A stretch of DNA of 64,000 nucleotides from a virus. The translations under genes were made by a program, and so were the position numbers. The DNA lies in the IMG/VR virus record IMGVR_UViG_3300049043_000188, positions 1 through 64,000 of that record. One strand, given 5' to 3'. Under the pieces are notes generated by a model that saw only the letters and a list, made by a program, of their open reading frames with translations, searched no databases and was not told the origin of the DNA. Below are positions 1 through 10,069 of the stretch, piece by piece. How positions within the stretch are numbered: position 1 is the first letter of the stretch; every line of letters starts with the position of its first letter.

Positions 1-696
1 ACCTGAAAAGATTACTTTACCAGCAAAAGACTTTGATGCTCTTGTAGATATGCTAGAATTACCAAGTGAAGCAACGATGGAGAGTGCTAAAAGACTTACA
101 AATCGTAAAAAATTCCTCGGATGATGACAATGGAACTTAATGGAATATATTCTCCTGATTGGTGTTGTGGCTGTTGCGGCACTTATGATATTAGGATTTG
201 CTGCTTCACATAGCAACTCACAACAGAAAAATCACAATCAACCTTGGTTCTGGATCACTACAAAGGTAAATTTTACAATGGACTCATTCACAACTTGCCG
301 AATACAAATACTTTTGTATTGTCCAAATGAAACTCCACCTATTAACTGGTACAACCTCTGATTGTTTAGAATTATGGTTCTGGGTTACTTCTTCACGACA
401 CCGAAGCAACTAAAAATCTTCAAACGAACATCAACGGAACTTATCTTCGTCATCACTACAAAGTGGTCGTATTATGACGGAACTCAGTCAAACATTTGAT
501 AACTATGAAGATGTGCAGGGTTTCTGGTGGAATCGCACCGGAAACTCTTTAAGTCACGTTGAGGTGCTAAAGATATTAAACAAGAAGTGGAGAAAGGATT
601 TGTATAATGGGGCATCATTAGGATCAGGGTATTTGAGCTTGCGTAAGTCCCCATTTATGTATTATATAAATAGTGATACCCCTTACTAAAAGAATA

Positions 697-1040
697 ATGG
701 AAAACTGGAAACCAGTATTAGGATACGAAGAGATTCTTTATGAAGTTTCTGATCTACGGAGAGAGTTAGAAACATAAAGGACTTATTTTTAAAAGATAAA
801 TTTAAAACACCTACTGGGGTATAGGTCTGTTGCTTTAGCTAAGAATGGAAGAGCAACAGAATATTAATGTCTTCTATTGTTTTAGAGAAGCATTTGTCTC
901 GTCCAAGACCATCATCAGAATGGTAGATTGGCATTTGAATGGAGTTGCTCAAGTTGATAGATTAAGTCATTTATGACTTGGGGCACACAATCCGAGAACA
1001 TACTTGGATGAAGATAACTACACGGAACGAATGAACTTTA
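697..1040 (+). pseudogene. NUMOD4/HNH homing endonuclease, frameshifted (error-rich stretch; end approximate)
   Basis: Starts MENWKPVLGYE..YEVSD (NUMOD4-like); later fragments read HLNG..D.L..L.WGTQSEN (HNH-like); TATAAATA late promoter at 665-672. Confidence 0.65.
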
Positions 1041-1233
1041 ATGATGTTATGGTGGAATCCGACTTACGATTTTTCTGAGAAACTGGTCAATGTTTTTGTG
1101 GGAAGACAAAGGCCCTTGTCTCAACAACTGGATTAATAGCAAAGTAGAATATGGGTTTGTTGTAATCGTGGGGGAACAACAAAAGGTTATATGTGTGAGT
1201 ATGTCGTGACTGAGGAGGAATGACACCATCGGA

Positions 1234-1629
1234 ATGTTTGATTATCTAAAATCTTCATATGATTTAGGAGAACAGTTTACAAACGTGGAGTGTCATACTA
1301 AAGACATCGAGGATTATGGTATTAGTGGCACAATGACGCATTTTTGGATTTCTCCAGATGGTTATTTGTGGTGTGGGGATTATAAAGGAACATCTACATT
1401 TGAGACTATTGAAAAAGACGATCCACGATATAGTGATAAACATTTGTTTCTAAACTATGAATGGATACCTACGGGACAGCACGGAAAGTATCACGTTCAT
1501 CCTATTACAAAATATATTGAAATCTACCCTGCTACTTGGGATGGGAAATGGGAAGATTGGCCCCGTTGCCGTGTTCACTTCAGGTATGGTAAACTACAAG
1601 ATTATGAGGATGTTACAGGACAACGATGA
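1234..1629 (+). CDS. hypothetical phage protein
   Basis: 131-aa ORF; stop overlaps the next start (ATGA). Confidence 0.75.
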   Translation: MFDYLKSSYDLGEQFTNVECHTKDIEDYGISGTMTHFWISPDGYLWCGDYKGTSTFETIEKDDPRYSDKHLFLNYEWIPTGQHGKYHVHPITKYIEIYPATWDGKWEDWPRCRVHFRYGKLQDYEDVTGQR

Positions 1630-2087
1630 AGGAGTTTGATTATGCCTTGGACTATAAAGTTCTGGACTTCACACTTCCAGAAAATCGTAAACTTTATCGC
1701 ATTGGAAGGGGTGAACAAGGAGTTCTATTGGTTCGGCCTTATACTAATGATATTTGCAAACACTGGAGGTTCGTAAATGTGGATACTGCTCGTAAATCTT
1801 CTCATAAGATATACGAAATGTATTGTGATTACAAACGACAGAAAGATTTCATTGGAATGGATATGGCACGGAAGTTCCTTGAAATGGGATTCACTCGCGC
1901 CAGAAGGTATGCGAATCATAAGGACGGAAAAAAATATCATCAAGATGGTTCCATACGGACCCAGGAAACCGACGCACTTACATCGGTTAAGGCAATGGCT
2001 GCGATGGTATTTAAGAACATACGGGACAGGGTTGCCAATGATCCTGAATATGCTAGAATGAGAAAAGAATGGAGATCCCAGGAATGA
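1626..2087 (+). CDS. DUF4385-family protein
   Basis: YRIGRGEQGVLLVRPY and GMDMARKFLEMGFTRARRYANH motifs. Confidence 0.8.
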   Translation: MKEFDYALDYKVLDFTLPENRKLYRIGRGEQGVLLVRPYTNDICKHWRFVNVDTARKSSHKIYEMYCDYKRQKDFIGMDMARKFLEMGFTRARRYANHKDGKKYHQDGSIRTQETDALTSVKAMAAMVFKNIRDRVANDPEYARMRKEWRSQE

Positions 2088-2290
2088 TTGAACCCCAACT
2101 ATTTCCCTATCCTTCAATGCCCGTTCGATTGGAAATCAAAGAAGAAAATAGAGTGTGTTGGTTTCGAGATGATTATGACTTGCAAAAACATCTCAATCGT
2201 TCTAAACTAGATAAAAGAAAAATCAAAATCATTTATCGTGATGGAGAACCCAATCAGTCTAATAAAACAAACAAGAAAAAAGTACGATAA
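2084..2290 (+). CDS. hypothetical protein
   Basis: ATG overlaps the upstream stop. Confidence 0.6.
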   Translation: MIEPQLFPYPSMPVRLEIKEENRVCWFRDDYDLQKHLNRSKLDKRKIKIIYRDGEPNQSNKTNKKKVR

Positions 2291-2391
2291 GGAACTAGAA
2301 AGAATAGTCACAGAAGTTCAGGTTGATATTAGTGGAGCACCAAAAACTTGGATGCCGATTGAAACTTTAATCGCCCTGACAAATCTAAATA

Positions 2392-2622
2392 ATGATGCCA
2401 TATCCATTCAAGATGGAACACTTTAAGGCAGGAGATGCAGCAAGATTTATTGGATGTACTCCAGAACAAGTAAGATGGGGTAATAATGACGATCCAAATG
2501 GACTTTTGTTTCAAGGAGACATCTTTTATGTCGAAAAGGTAGAGGTTCATTCACAACACACAAAACTATCTCTTCGTGGTGTTTATGGTAAGTTTAATAG
2601 TGTTTGTTTTGAAAAAGTATGA
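2392..2622 (+). CDS. hypothetical protein
   Basis: 76-aa ORF in a dense + strand gene run. Confidence 0.6.
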   Translation: MMPYPFKMEHFKAGDAARFIGCTPEQVRWGNNDDPNGLLFQGDIFYVEKVEVHSQHTKLSLRGVYGKFNSVCFEKV

Positions 2623-2742
2623 ATGACATAGACTTCACAAGTCCTTGGTATGAGTTTCTATCGTATTGTAGGTGCTGCGAAAGTCTCAATGTAACTCCTT
2701 CAATTCAACGATTTATGGCATATCAACGTTATTATCAAAAAT

Positions 2743-2955
2743 ATGGAAAGCAATCAAAATCTTCTTGATTTAATCGAAGAACTTCAAGAGAAATATCAAG
2801 GTGCTCTGGAAGATATTAAAAGACTGGAAGAAGAAAACATCGAAAACACAAATCTCATCTATGAACTGATGGAAAATGTAAGAGCACTGGATGCTCGTAT
2901 TGACATCTTGGCATCAGAACCCTATACTATAAGTCAATTCTCTTTGGATAAATGA
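2743..2955 (+). CDS. small coiled-coil protein
   Basis: Heptad-like L/I/E pattern; stop overlaps the next start. Confidence 0.65.
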   Translation: MESNQNLLDLIEELQEKYQGALEDIKRLEEENIENTNLIYELMENVRALDARIDILASEPYTISQFSLDK

Positions 2956-3200
2956 CAACACCCAAACAAGCAAAAGAAGAGTTTTTGTATTCAATGCCAC
3001 CAATCAATCCAGATGCAGAGATGAGTTTTCTGGATATTGCAACAATCAACAATCTCAATAACTTCTCACATCACGTCTCCTACTTGACGAACCTGGCAAT
3101 CGGTGGTAAGATGAGTGTTGAAGATGCCTATACGGAGATTAAAAAACTCTATAAGGCAATGAAACAATCTCACAAATCATTGAAAGGTTCTTGGTTTTAA
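2952..3200 (+). CDS. hypothetical protein
   Basis: 82-aa ORF coupled to its neighbours. Confidence 0.65.
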   Translation: MTTPKQAKEEFLYSMPPINPDAEMSFLDIATINNLNNFSHHVSYLTNLAIGGKMSVEDAYTEIKKLYKAMKQSHKSLKGSWF

Positions 3201-3202
3201 TT

Positions 3203-3793
3203 ATGCCTGTTAAGTATCAAAATGTATGGAACACGATGAACTCACTTGAAGAAGTGACTTCAAAGATTTGTTCTGCCCGTGAAATCTTGGATTGTGCGAT
3301 TGATGCACACCAAGAACATAAGCACGAAAAGGTAGAACATCTTCTGTATGCTGTGGATGAGTATCTTCAGTATTATTTGAAAGAGTTTGATAATAAGTTT
3401 AAAGATGCTTGGAAAGCAACTGTAGGTGATTTGCGTGATGGTGATACAACATCTACACTCAAATGTGACAAATATTATTCATCACCCGAAAGTCAAGGTG
3501 CTTGGAATGATTTCTGGGAACAATCTTATTTGTCTGGAGTAACTGATACTCCAGAAGAAGCAGAGGAACTTCGTGAAGAACTGAAAAAAGTTCGTGAAGA
3601 AGGAGGATATGATTGGACGCCAAAACAAGATAAAGTCGTAAAGTGGCAACTTCCTGTTGAAGCAGATGCAAGTGGTGAGTATTTTGTTCAGTTCCCCGAT
3701 GATTTACTTGATGCAGCAAATCTTAAAGAAGGAGATACTGTGGAATGGGTGGATAATTTGGACGGATCGTTTATTCTTAAAAAGGTGAATTAA
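3203..3793 (+). CDS. protein with C-terminal AbrB/MazE-like DNA-binding domain
   Basis: C-terminus YFVQFPDDLLDAANLKEGDTVEWVDNLDGSFILKK fits the SpoVT-AbrB pattern. Confidence 0.7.
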   Translation: MPVKYQNVWNTMNSLEEVTSKICSAREILDCAIDAHQEHKHEKVEHLLYAVDEYLQYYLKEFDNKFKDAWKATVGDLRDGDTTSTLKCDKYYSSPESQGAWNDFWEQSYLSGVTDTPEEAEELREELKKVREEGGYDWTPKQDKVVKWQLPVEADASGEYFVQFPDDLLDAANLKEGDTVEWVDNLDGSFILKKVN

Positions 3794-3795
3794 TT

Positions 3796-4023
3796 ATGGC
3801 ACTATCACAATCAGTTGAAGAATCACTAAAAGAAGCAGAAGCATCACTTAGGAATGCACTTGCATATGCTGCACGCCAAGAACGTCCTATGGTTTGTTCA
3901 GTCATTGCTGATCTTATACATCGTATTGAATCACTTCAAAGCACTGATGCAATTCTAGATAAACTTGAAAATCGTAAACCAGGAGATTCTGGATTATTTG
4001 GCACCTTCTTTGATAAAAATTAA
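3796..4023 (+). CDS. hypothetical cyanophage-type protein
   Basis: 75-aa helical ORF. Confidence 0.7.
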   Translation: MALSQSVEESLKEAEASLRNALAYAARQERPMVCSVIADLIHRIESLQSTDAILDKLENRKPGDSGLFGTFFDKN

Positions 4024-4116
4024 GTAATGTAAAGCAATCCCAAAGAGATTGTTAAATCCATACATAATAATGAAAATATATGTTAGGATTTCAAGATAAT
4101 CACGGGAGCAAAAATT

Positions 4117-4281
4117 ATGACACAATCCTCAAATCACAGCAAAAATCTTACACAAGATGAGTGGAATGAAATGGTTGCCCTTAAAAATGCAATTGACTAT
4201 AACATTTCTCAAGTTGCAACAGAAAAAATGGAAACCTTTACTGAATACTTTGTTAGAAGTCTCAAAGAAAAGGGCGGTTGA
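4117..4281 (+). CDS. small hypothetical protein (54 aa)
   Basis: GGGAG upstream; MTQSSNHSKNLTQDEWNEMVALKNAI; stop falls inside the next promoter element. Confidence 0.55.
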   Translation: MTQSSNHSKNLTQDEWNEMVALKNAIDYNISQVATEKMETFTEYFVRSLKEKGG

Positions 4282-4329
4282 AAAACTGGCACAAGAGGAC
4301 TTTACAAGTCCTTTTTTTACGTCTATAAT
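4270..4329 (+). promoter_or_regulatory. palindrome-type promoter, variant left arm; terminator-like hairpin in spacer
   Basis: AAGGGCGG-N8-CTGGCACA, 30 nt, TATAAT 4324-4329; spacer has AGGAC-N7-GTCCT followed by a T run. Confidence 0.7.
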
Positions 4330-4350
4330 GTCTATAGAATTATCATTCAA

Positions 4351-4827
4351 ATGAAACTCAAAGCATTTTTGCTTGCGTCTGTTCTTGCAACACCATCAAC
4401 AGTCTTTGCACAACAGACAAATACCTATCAGGTTTGTCGTCAATATCGGGAAAATTATGTTCCTGGATATTATAATAACAATGGAAATTATATTCAGGGT
4501 GGAGTTCAAACAACTGAACTGACTGTAAATTGTCAAAGTGGAGAGGTTTATTCCTCTAAAGTTTATAATGGTAATAATGGTGGATATGTCGAACAACCTC
4601 CAGTAAATTATTATCGTCGTAGAACTTGTAATTCTACTGCTGGAGCACTTCTAGGTGCTGGTATTGCTGGTGCGATTTCTGGAGGTAATACAAATAGTTC
4701 CAGTGGAAGTTGGAATAATTTTTATGGACGAAACTATTCAAGTAGCAGTTGGAGCAATACTTATAGTAATAATTATTCTTGGCAAGCACTTGGTGCAGGA
4801 CTTGGTGCATTGTTATTTGGATGTTAA
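4351..4827 (+). CDS. exported glycine-zipper protein
   Basis: Signal-peptide-like N-terminus; GALLGAGIAGAISGG and ALGAGLGALLFGC zippers. Confidence 0.7.
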   Translation: MKLKAFLLASVLATPSTVFAQQTNTYQVCRQYRENYVPGYYNNNGNYIQGGVQTTELTVNCQSGEVYSSKVYNGNNGGYVEQPPVNYYRRRTCNSTAGALLGAGIAGAISGGNTNSSSGSWNNFYGRNYSSSSWSNTYSNNYSWQALGAGLGALLFGC

Positions 4828-4833
4828 TAAATA
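4826..4833 (+). promoter_or_regulatory. T4-type late promoter
   Basis: AATAAATA 24 nt before ATG 4858; similar boxes at 5664-5671 and 7094-7101. Confidence 0.6.
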
Positions 4834-4857
4834 ACTAAGATATATCCATCATTTTAG

Positions 4858-5659
4858 ATGCTTGACGAAGCAAGAAAGAGAGAACAAATTGCAAATGCGG
4901 TTCTTGGTGCAACATTTGCATTGAGTGCCGCACAATCTCCAAAAGATTTTGTAAGAACTGGAAGTGTTGAAGCACCTGGAACTGCATTAATGCAAAGATG
5001 GGGAAGAGTTCGTGGTGAGGCAGAAAGAAATCTTGATAGTGGTAGAGTTGTTGCAAGAAATCGTAAGTTAAAGACATTCAAAGAGTTTGTGGAAGAAGCA
5101 TATATTGTTGAAGCAAAGCAAACAACATTTTCAAGTCGTGAAGATCTAGAAAGACATTATGGTGGTGTTCCCGAAGGAATGGTTGCAAATAATAGTACAA
5201 GTGCTGAAAATCCAAAATGGAGACTTGTTCCTGCAGAAAAAAGAAAAGAACAAGCAAGAAGAAGAGAAGAAAGAAGAAGAGCAGTTACTGGAACTCAAAC
5301 ACCGGAAGAACAAGGAAGAACAGCGAGAAAAAGAGAACTTGCAAAAAAACGAGGAAAGGAACTTCATCATCAAACTGAAATAGAAACATCTGCAAAAGAA
5401 TTTGAGGGTTTATCTCCAGAACAAATAGAAGCAAAGAAAAAAGCAGATGCAAAACAAGGAAAATATCACGGAGATGACCGAAGAAATTTAACTCTTGCAA
5501 ATCCATCTGGAACATCAACAGATTCTCCAGGATTTCATCATTCTGAGATATCACGCATTTGAAAGAAAAAATAGAAAAAAATTAAAAGATATAGAGAATG
5601 CTATTTCTCCATCTCGTGCATTTACAATTTTGGTAAATAAAGAAAGAAGAGAAAAATAA
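4858..5659 (+). CDS. putative head-internal polyprotein with HNH-like C-terminal module (frameshift near 5545)
   Basis: MLDEA start, internal KTFKEFVEEAYIVEA; ELHH...GDDRRNLTLA...GFHH, then YHAFE in the shifted frame. Confidence 0.55.
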
Positions 5660-5689
5660 AGAAAATAAATAAAAGAAAACTATAGGTAT

Positions 5690-6731
5690 ATGGAAGTCTT
5701 TACTGATTTTGAAGTTCTTGACGAAAGAACTTTGATGAGAACAAAAGCATCAGGGAAATCAGGAAAAATGCCTATTCCTGGTGCAGAAGGAAAAGCACGT
5801 AAAGACGTAGCACACGCAGGATTTAGAAGAAGTGGTCCTATTCGTAATCCTGAAGTTGAAAAGAGTGGAAGTGATGTTCCTATTTGGGTAAGAACTCATA
5901 AATCTCCTGCTGAGTTTGCAGCACATACAGCAAGACAAAAATATCGAGAACGTGATGGGAAGTTAGACGTTAAATCATTAAAAAAACAGTTTCATCAAAC
6001 TGGTGCTGAAAGAAAAGAACCAGTTCACGACATTACTGTTGGTTCTCCAAAATCAAAAGTCAAAGAACCAGGAACAAAGAGCAAGACAATTTGTAAGTGC
6101 TCTCAAAGATGTAAAGTCCAAGATGGTCTCAAAGGGTAAAGGAATTGCTGCAAATACTCCTACAGAACTTCCATCATCAGGTAAGAAAAAGAAAAGAACT
6201 GATACTGAAGGTGCAGAGCAAAGAGGAAGAATATACAGTAAATTAGGAATGGGTGAGAGAAATCCACAAACAGGAGTTCAAATGGCTAAGATTAAAGAAG
6301 GTAGAACATTTGAGCAATTTATGGTTCTTGCAGAGATGCGTAAAGAGGATAAGGTTAAAGGAAAACAAAAAACTCCTCTCAATTTGGATGTAACACATAA
6401 AACAGTTCGACGTTCTCCTGAAGGTAAGTGGGAAAGACAGGATATTACTGTTAAAAGACCAAATCCAGCAGCATCTATGGGAAGATATAGTCAAGGAATA
6501 GGTCATAGACCAGAGTTTGGAACCACTGGAGGTTCTGGATATGGTTATAAACCACAACCTCACGGAACTGGTGGAGAACTTCGTGGTAAAAGAAAAGTTC
6601 CAGGAGAAAAGAAAGCACCGAAATGGGAACCAGGAGTAGATAGTAGAACTCCAGCAAAGAAAGTTGCAGATAGAAGAGCAAAAGCAGCATATACTGGATA
6701 TGATTATAGAAGAGGAACGGGATATTCATAA
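5690..6731 (+). CDS. putative head-internal basic polyprotein (two ORFs joined by a frameshift near 6075)
   Basis: MEVFTDFEVLDE leader, internal RTFEQFMVLAE; K/R/G-rich; late promoter upstream. Confidence 0.6.
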
Positions 6732-7102
6732 TGAAAACCTTTCAAGAGTTTCTTTTAGAAGCAAAGGCACCAAAACCTGATGCTCTAGAAACGATCCAAA
6801 GAAAAACAAAAGGAAGAACACCAGGAATGAAGTATGTTGTTCATACTACAAGTTCTGGTGATATTCGTGTAGATAACATTGAAGTTCCAGAAAATCAAAG
6901 AGGCAAAGGAATTGCAAAAAGAACATTTAAAGGACTTCATAACTATGCAGATAAGATTGGTAAAAATGTTTCTTTGACCCCAGTTGCAAAACCAGGATAT
7001 AAAGAAAAATTAGATAAGATGTATAGAAATCTAGGTTATCGAGACCGCACACCTTCAGATAAAATTGCTGGTGCAGATACAATGATACGTAAACCTAAAT
7101 AA
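6731..7102 (+). CDS. GNAT acetyltransferase with capsid-targeting-like leader
   Basis: MKTFQEFLLEA leader; IEVPENQRGKGIA (acetyl-CoA motif A); C-terminal MYRNLGY. Confidence 0.8.
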   Translation: MKTFQEFLLEAKAPKPDALETIQRKTKGRTPGMKYVVHTTSSGDIRVDNIEVPENQRGKGIAKRTFKGLHNYADKIGKNVSLTPVAKPGYKEKLDKMYRNLGYRDRTPSDKIAGADTMIRKPK

Positions 7103-7120
7103 CTAAAAAGTATTTGTAAG

Positions 7121-7839
7121 ATGGACGCAAAAGACATTCGCAATCTTCAAGAAGCATATATGGAGGTTTATTACGAACAGGAACTTGATGAAGCAGAAGG
7201 TTCTTATCGACAAACTCCAAAAGCAACTGCTGCTTATATTGCCCGTGCTACTGGGAAGGAAAAGGTAAAACTAAATCACTTGCTCTAAAGCACGCAATTA
7301 GAACTACTGCTGAATAATCGTGATAAACCTTCCTCGTATAGAAGTAACATGACCCAAAGTGATAGAGATTATCATCATGGTCAATCGAAACTGGTGGTAA
7401 TGATAGAGAAGGTATTGATTATGATGAGTTTGATACTGGGGCAAGTGGTCCTGGTGGAATGCTAGGTAAGAAACTTGAAAGACAAGAGAAACTGTGTAAG
7501 TGCTGAAGTTATGACCTTTACGACATCATCCTTTCACACTTACTTGATGAAGGATATGCAACTTCAGTAGAAGCAGCAGAAGTTATGATGGTTCATATGA
7601 GTGAAGAGTGGAGAGAAAATATTGTGGAAGGATACAAGAAGATTTCCTTATAAAAAAGTAGCAAATAAACTTGATAGAATGTATGATGACCCAGATACTG
7701 ATATTCGTTTAGGGAAATGCAAAAAGGTATAGTAAAATGAAGAGAGTTGATTCTCATATGAAAGGTGAAGTACTTAGAGCCCATAAAAGAGGAACATAGT
7801 CCAAAAATGTCAAAGGCAAAATCAAAGTATAATCCATAA
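7121..7839 (+). CDS. putative head-internal protein, multiply frameshifted
   Basis: MDAKDIRNLQEAYMEVYYEQELDEA start; YDLYDIILSHLLDEGYATSVEAAEVMMVHMSEEWRENIVE module of a kind seen in cyanomyophage proteins. Confidence 0.55.
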
Positions 7840-7841
7840 TC

Positions 7842-7900
7842 AAGACCACTTTCCAAACTGTCCACTCCACCCCCGCAAGGGGGTTTTTTTGTGCTATGAT
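7842..7900 (+). promoter_or_regulatory. palindrome-type promoter (variant arms)
   Basis: AAGACCAC-N8-CTGTCCAC, 29 nt, TATGAT preceded by TGC. Confidence 0.7.
7870..7890 (+). terminator. intrinsic terminator inside the promoter spacer
   Basis: CCCCC-GCAA-GGGGG-T7. Confidence 0.85.
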
Positions 7901-7922
7901 GACTTCATTGATTAAAAAAGTG

Positions 7923-8156
7923 ATGACTAAAGTTCTTGAGTTTGTTGATTCCAGTGCTGTTGCTAAGATTTCGATTGATAGCGACAATGGTGAGATTGGT
8001 GTTGCTTTTACTTCCAAACCTGATAACTTCTATCTTTTTGAGTGTGATGATGTGAGTGAGTTTGAGACTAAAGTGAATGAGGTAATGGAAGCAAAAGAAA
8101 GTCTGGGTAAGTTTATCTCTCTCGCCCGTAAAGATGGTACACTGGTTTCCATTTGA
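7923..8156 (+). CDS. KTSC-like domain protein
   Basis: SSAVAKISID...IGVAF...YLF...SLGKFI resembles KTSC. Confidence 0.55.
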   Translation: MTKVLEFVDSSAVAKISIDSDNGEIGVAFTSKPDNFYLFECDDVSEFETKVNEVMEAKESLGKFISLARKDGTLVSI

Positions 8157-8322
8157 TATGGAAGGATTTATTGTAGGTGATGGAACTTATGCTGCTGTCC
8201 CGTTTGGTAAGCAACTTATGATTATTCATAACGGGCAGCAACTTAAAGTCTGTCGAACTGAAGCATCAGCACGTAAGTTTATTGCTGATTGTAAAAAGGG
8301 TAGAAGTGTTGCTGAACTTCCT

Positions 8323-8383
8323 TTGGACGGTTGAGAAACTGGCACAGCGGTGCCTTGCAGGGTGCCCTTTGATGCCCTATAAT
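8323..8383 (+). promoter_or_regulatory. palindrome-type promoter
   Basis: TTGGACGG-N8-CTGGCACA, 31 nt, TATAAT in GATGCCCTATAATA. Confidence 0.75.
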
Positions 8384-8410
8384 AACAAGGTATTCAACAA
8401 AACACCTCAA

Positions 8411-8830
8411 ATGAGCACCAGAAGTAGCAGTTGGTTTGGAACTCTGCTGACGGTAAGTATTCTCTCCATCTACTCATCACTTTGACGGATTATCCTGAGT
8501 GGGCAGGACGTATTCTTCAAACTCACTATAACACCCGCGAAAAAGTTGAGGAACTTGTAGATGGTGGTGATGTGAGTTGCCTTTGGACTGATAAAGACTG
8601 GAAAGGCAAAGAATGGAATGATTGCAAATACAAAGCACTCTACATATGCAGAACGTGGTGAAGATTGCCCCCCTCGTCTTGATAAGAACCTGGGTGAGTA
8701 TCTTCAAAACAATGAAGAGTATGGTTACGTCTACACTGAAACCGAAGGTTGGTTGTGCTATGATACCTGTGACTGGCACGAAACCTATCTTGAACTTCAA
8801 CAAATCCCATCTGGCGCTCTCGCTGTTTGA
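8411..8830 (+). CDS. conserved phage hypothetical protein (frameshifted)
   Basis: MSTRS...SIY..H.DGYPEWAGRILQTHYNTREKVEELVDGGDVSCL across shifted frames. Confidence 0.6.
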
Positions 8831-9018
8831 ACTATGAAAACTTCTACTGCTGTTGGTGTGATTATTGGTGCTGTAGTTATTGCAACTGGCACCCTCTCTG
8901 AAACTTGGTTGCTTGGACTTATTCTGCCCTGGTTTGGTGTAAGTTTGTCATTCGGACAAAACTTTGCTATTATTGCTCTTGCGAATATGATTTTTAACAA
9001 CTTCGGAGTTTCTAAAAA

Positions 9019-9419
9019 ATGAAAAATCAAAACGGTTTTATTGACCCTACCATTGCTCTCATTGCTGTTGGTGTTATGGTAGTTGGTGGTCTCATCTTCA
9101 TTGGTGGTCCACAATATAATGTATGGCAACAAGGTCTTGCTGGTCGTGCAGAATTCAGAAGGCAGAATATCTGGCAGGTTGCAGTGCTGGAAGCACAAGC
9201 AAAGAAAGATTCAGCACAACAACTTGCTGATGCTGAGGTGATTCGTGCTCAAGGTGTTGCCAAAGCAAACCAAATTATTGGCAACTCACTGAAAGAAACC
9301 GTGAGTATCTTCAGTATTTTATATCACTGGACTGGAGAAGGTTCCACAAAGGTAACGTAACCATCTATGTGCCCACTGAAGGTGGTATGCCTGTTCCTAC
9401 TCTGCAAATGAACAAATGA
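9019..9419 (+). CDS. membrane-anchored protein with SPFH/Band-7-like coiled tail (frameshifted)
   Basis: N-terminal TM helix; AEVIRAQGVAKANQIIGNSL and IYVPTEGGMPV. Confidence 0.55.
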
Positions 9420-9770
9420 ACCGTAAGTATCTAATTGCCACTGTACTTGGTGTGGTGGCAATCGTTGGTTGGAATGTATTTTGTATCCAACGTGATGCTG
9501 TAATGTTTAAGGCATATGATAATCAACAAGCAACTCAAAATTAAAGATGATAGAGTTTCTCATCATTTCAGCAGCATTTGCCTGGGCACTCTTTGCACTA
9601 TTTTCCAAACACTTTGATTACCTGAATAAAAAATGATTTCTGAACGTATTCAACAACTGATTCAACAAGCAGAACAAAGCAAAGAAGCAGAAGAGTTCTG
9701 GCAAGAAGTCAATGAACTTGCAGAGAAACACCAAGTAACCTGCGACTATATCTTGGCAGAGTTCTACTAA

Positions 9771-9799
9771 TTGACAATCACCACACAATCATCTAAACT
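9771..9799 (+). promoter_or_regulatory. sigma70-type promoter
   Basis: TTGACA-N17-TAAACT, followed by AAGGAG and ATG 9824. Confidence 0.75.
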
Positions 9800-9823
9800 A
9801 TAAGGAGTAATTTACAAACACAA

Positions 9824-10069
9824 ATGGCACAAAAGTTTCTTTATATCGTTGATCACATTATATTCCATTCCCGTTCCAGTGAATATGGTGGACTTTGGAA
9901 TGTGATTGCAGAAGATGATGATGAATGTTTTGATTTGATTTCTGCTGAAGATGATGGTAATTTCTTTGAAAAATACTACAGTAATCTTAAAGAAAATATC
10001 CTGAACGCAAGGACTTATGCTCTTGCAGAAGATGTAGAATCTGGTGTTGTTGAGAGTTTTACAACGTGA
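9824..10069 (+). CDS. acidic hypothetical protein
   Basis: 81-aa ORF downstream of the promoter. Confidence 0.65.
   Translation: MAQKFLYIVDHIIFHSRSSEYGGLWNVIAEDDDECFDLISAEDDGNFFEKYYSNLKENILNARTYALAEDVESGVVESFTT

Noticed and set aside
330-1130. Possible extra palindrome half-sites (CTGGTACA 346-353, CTGGTCAA 1083-1090)
   Set aside because: The sequence here is too error-rich to confirm a left arm or a -10 box
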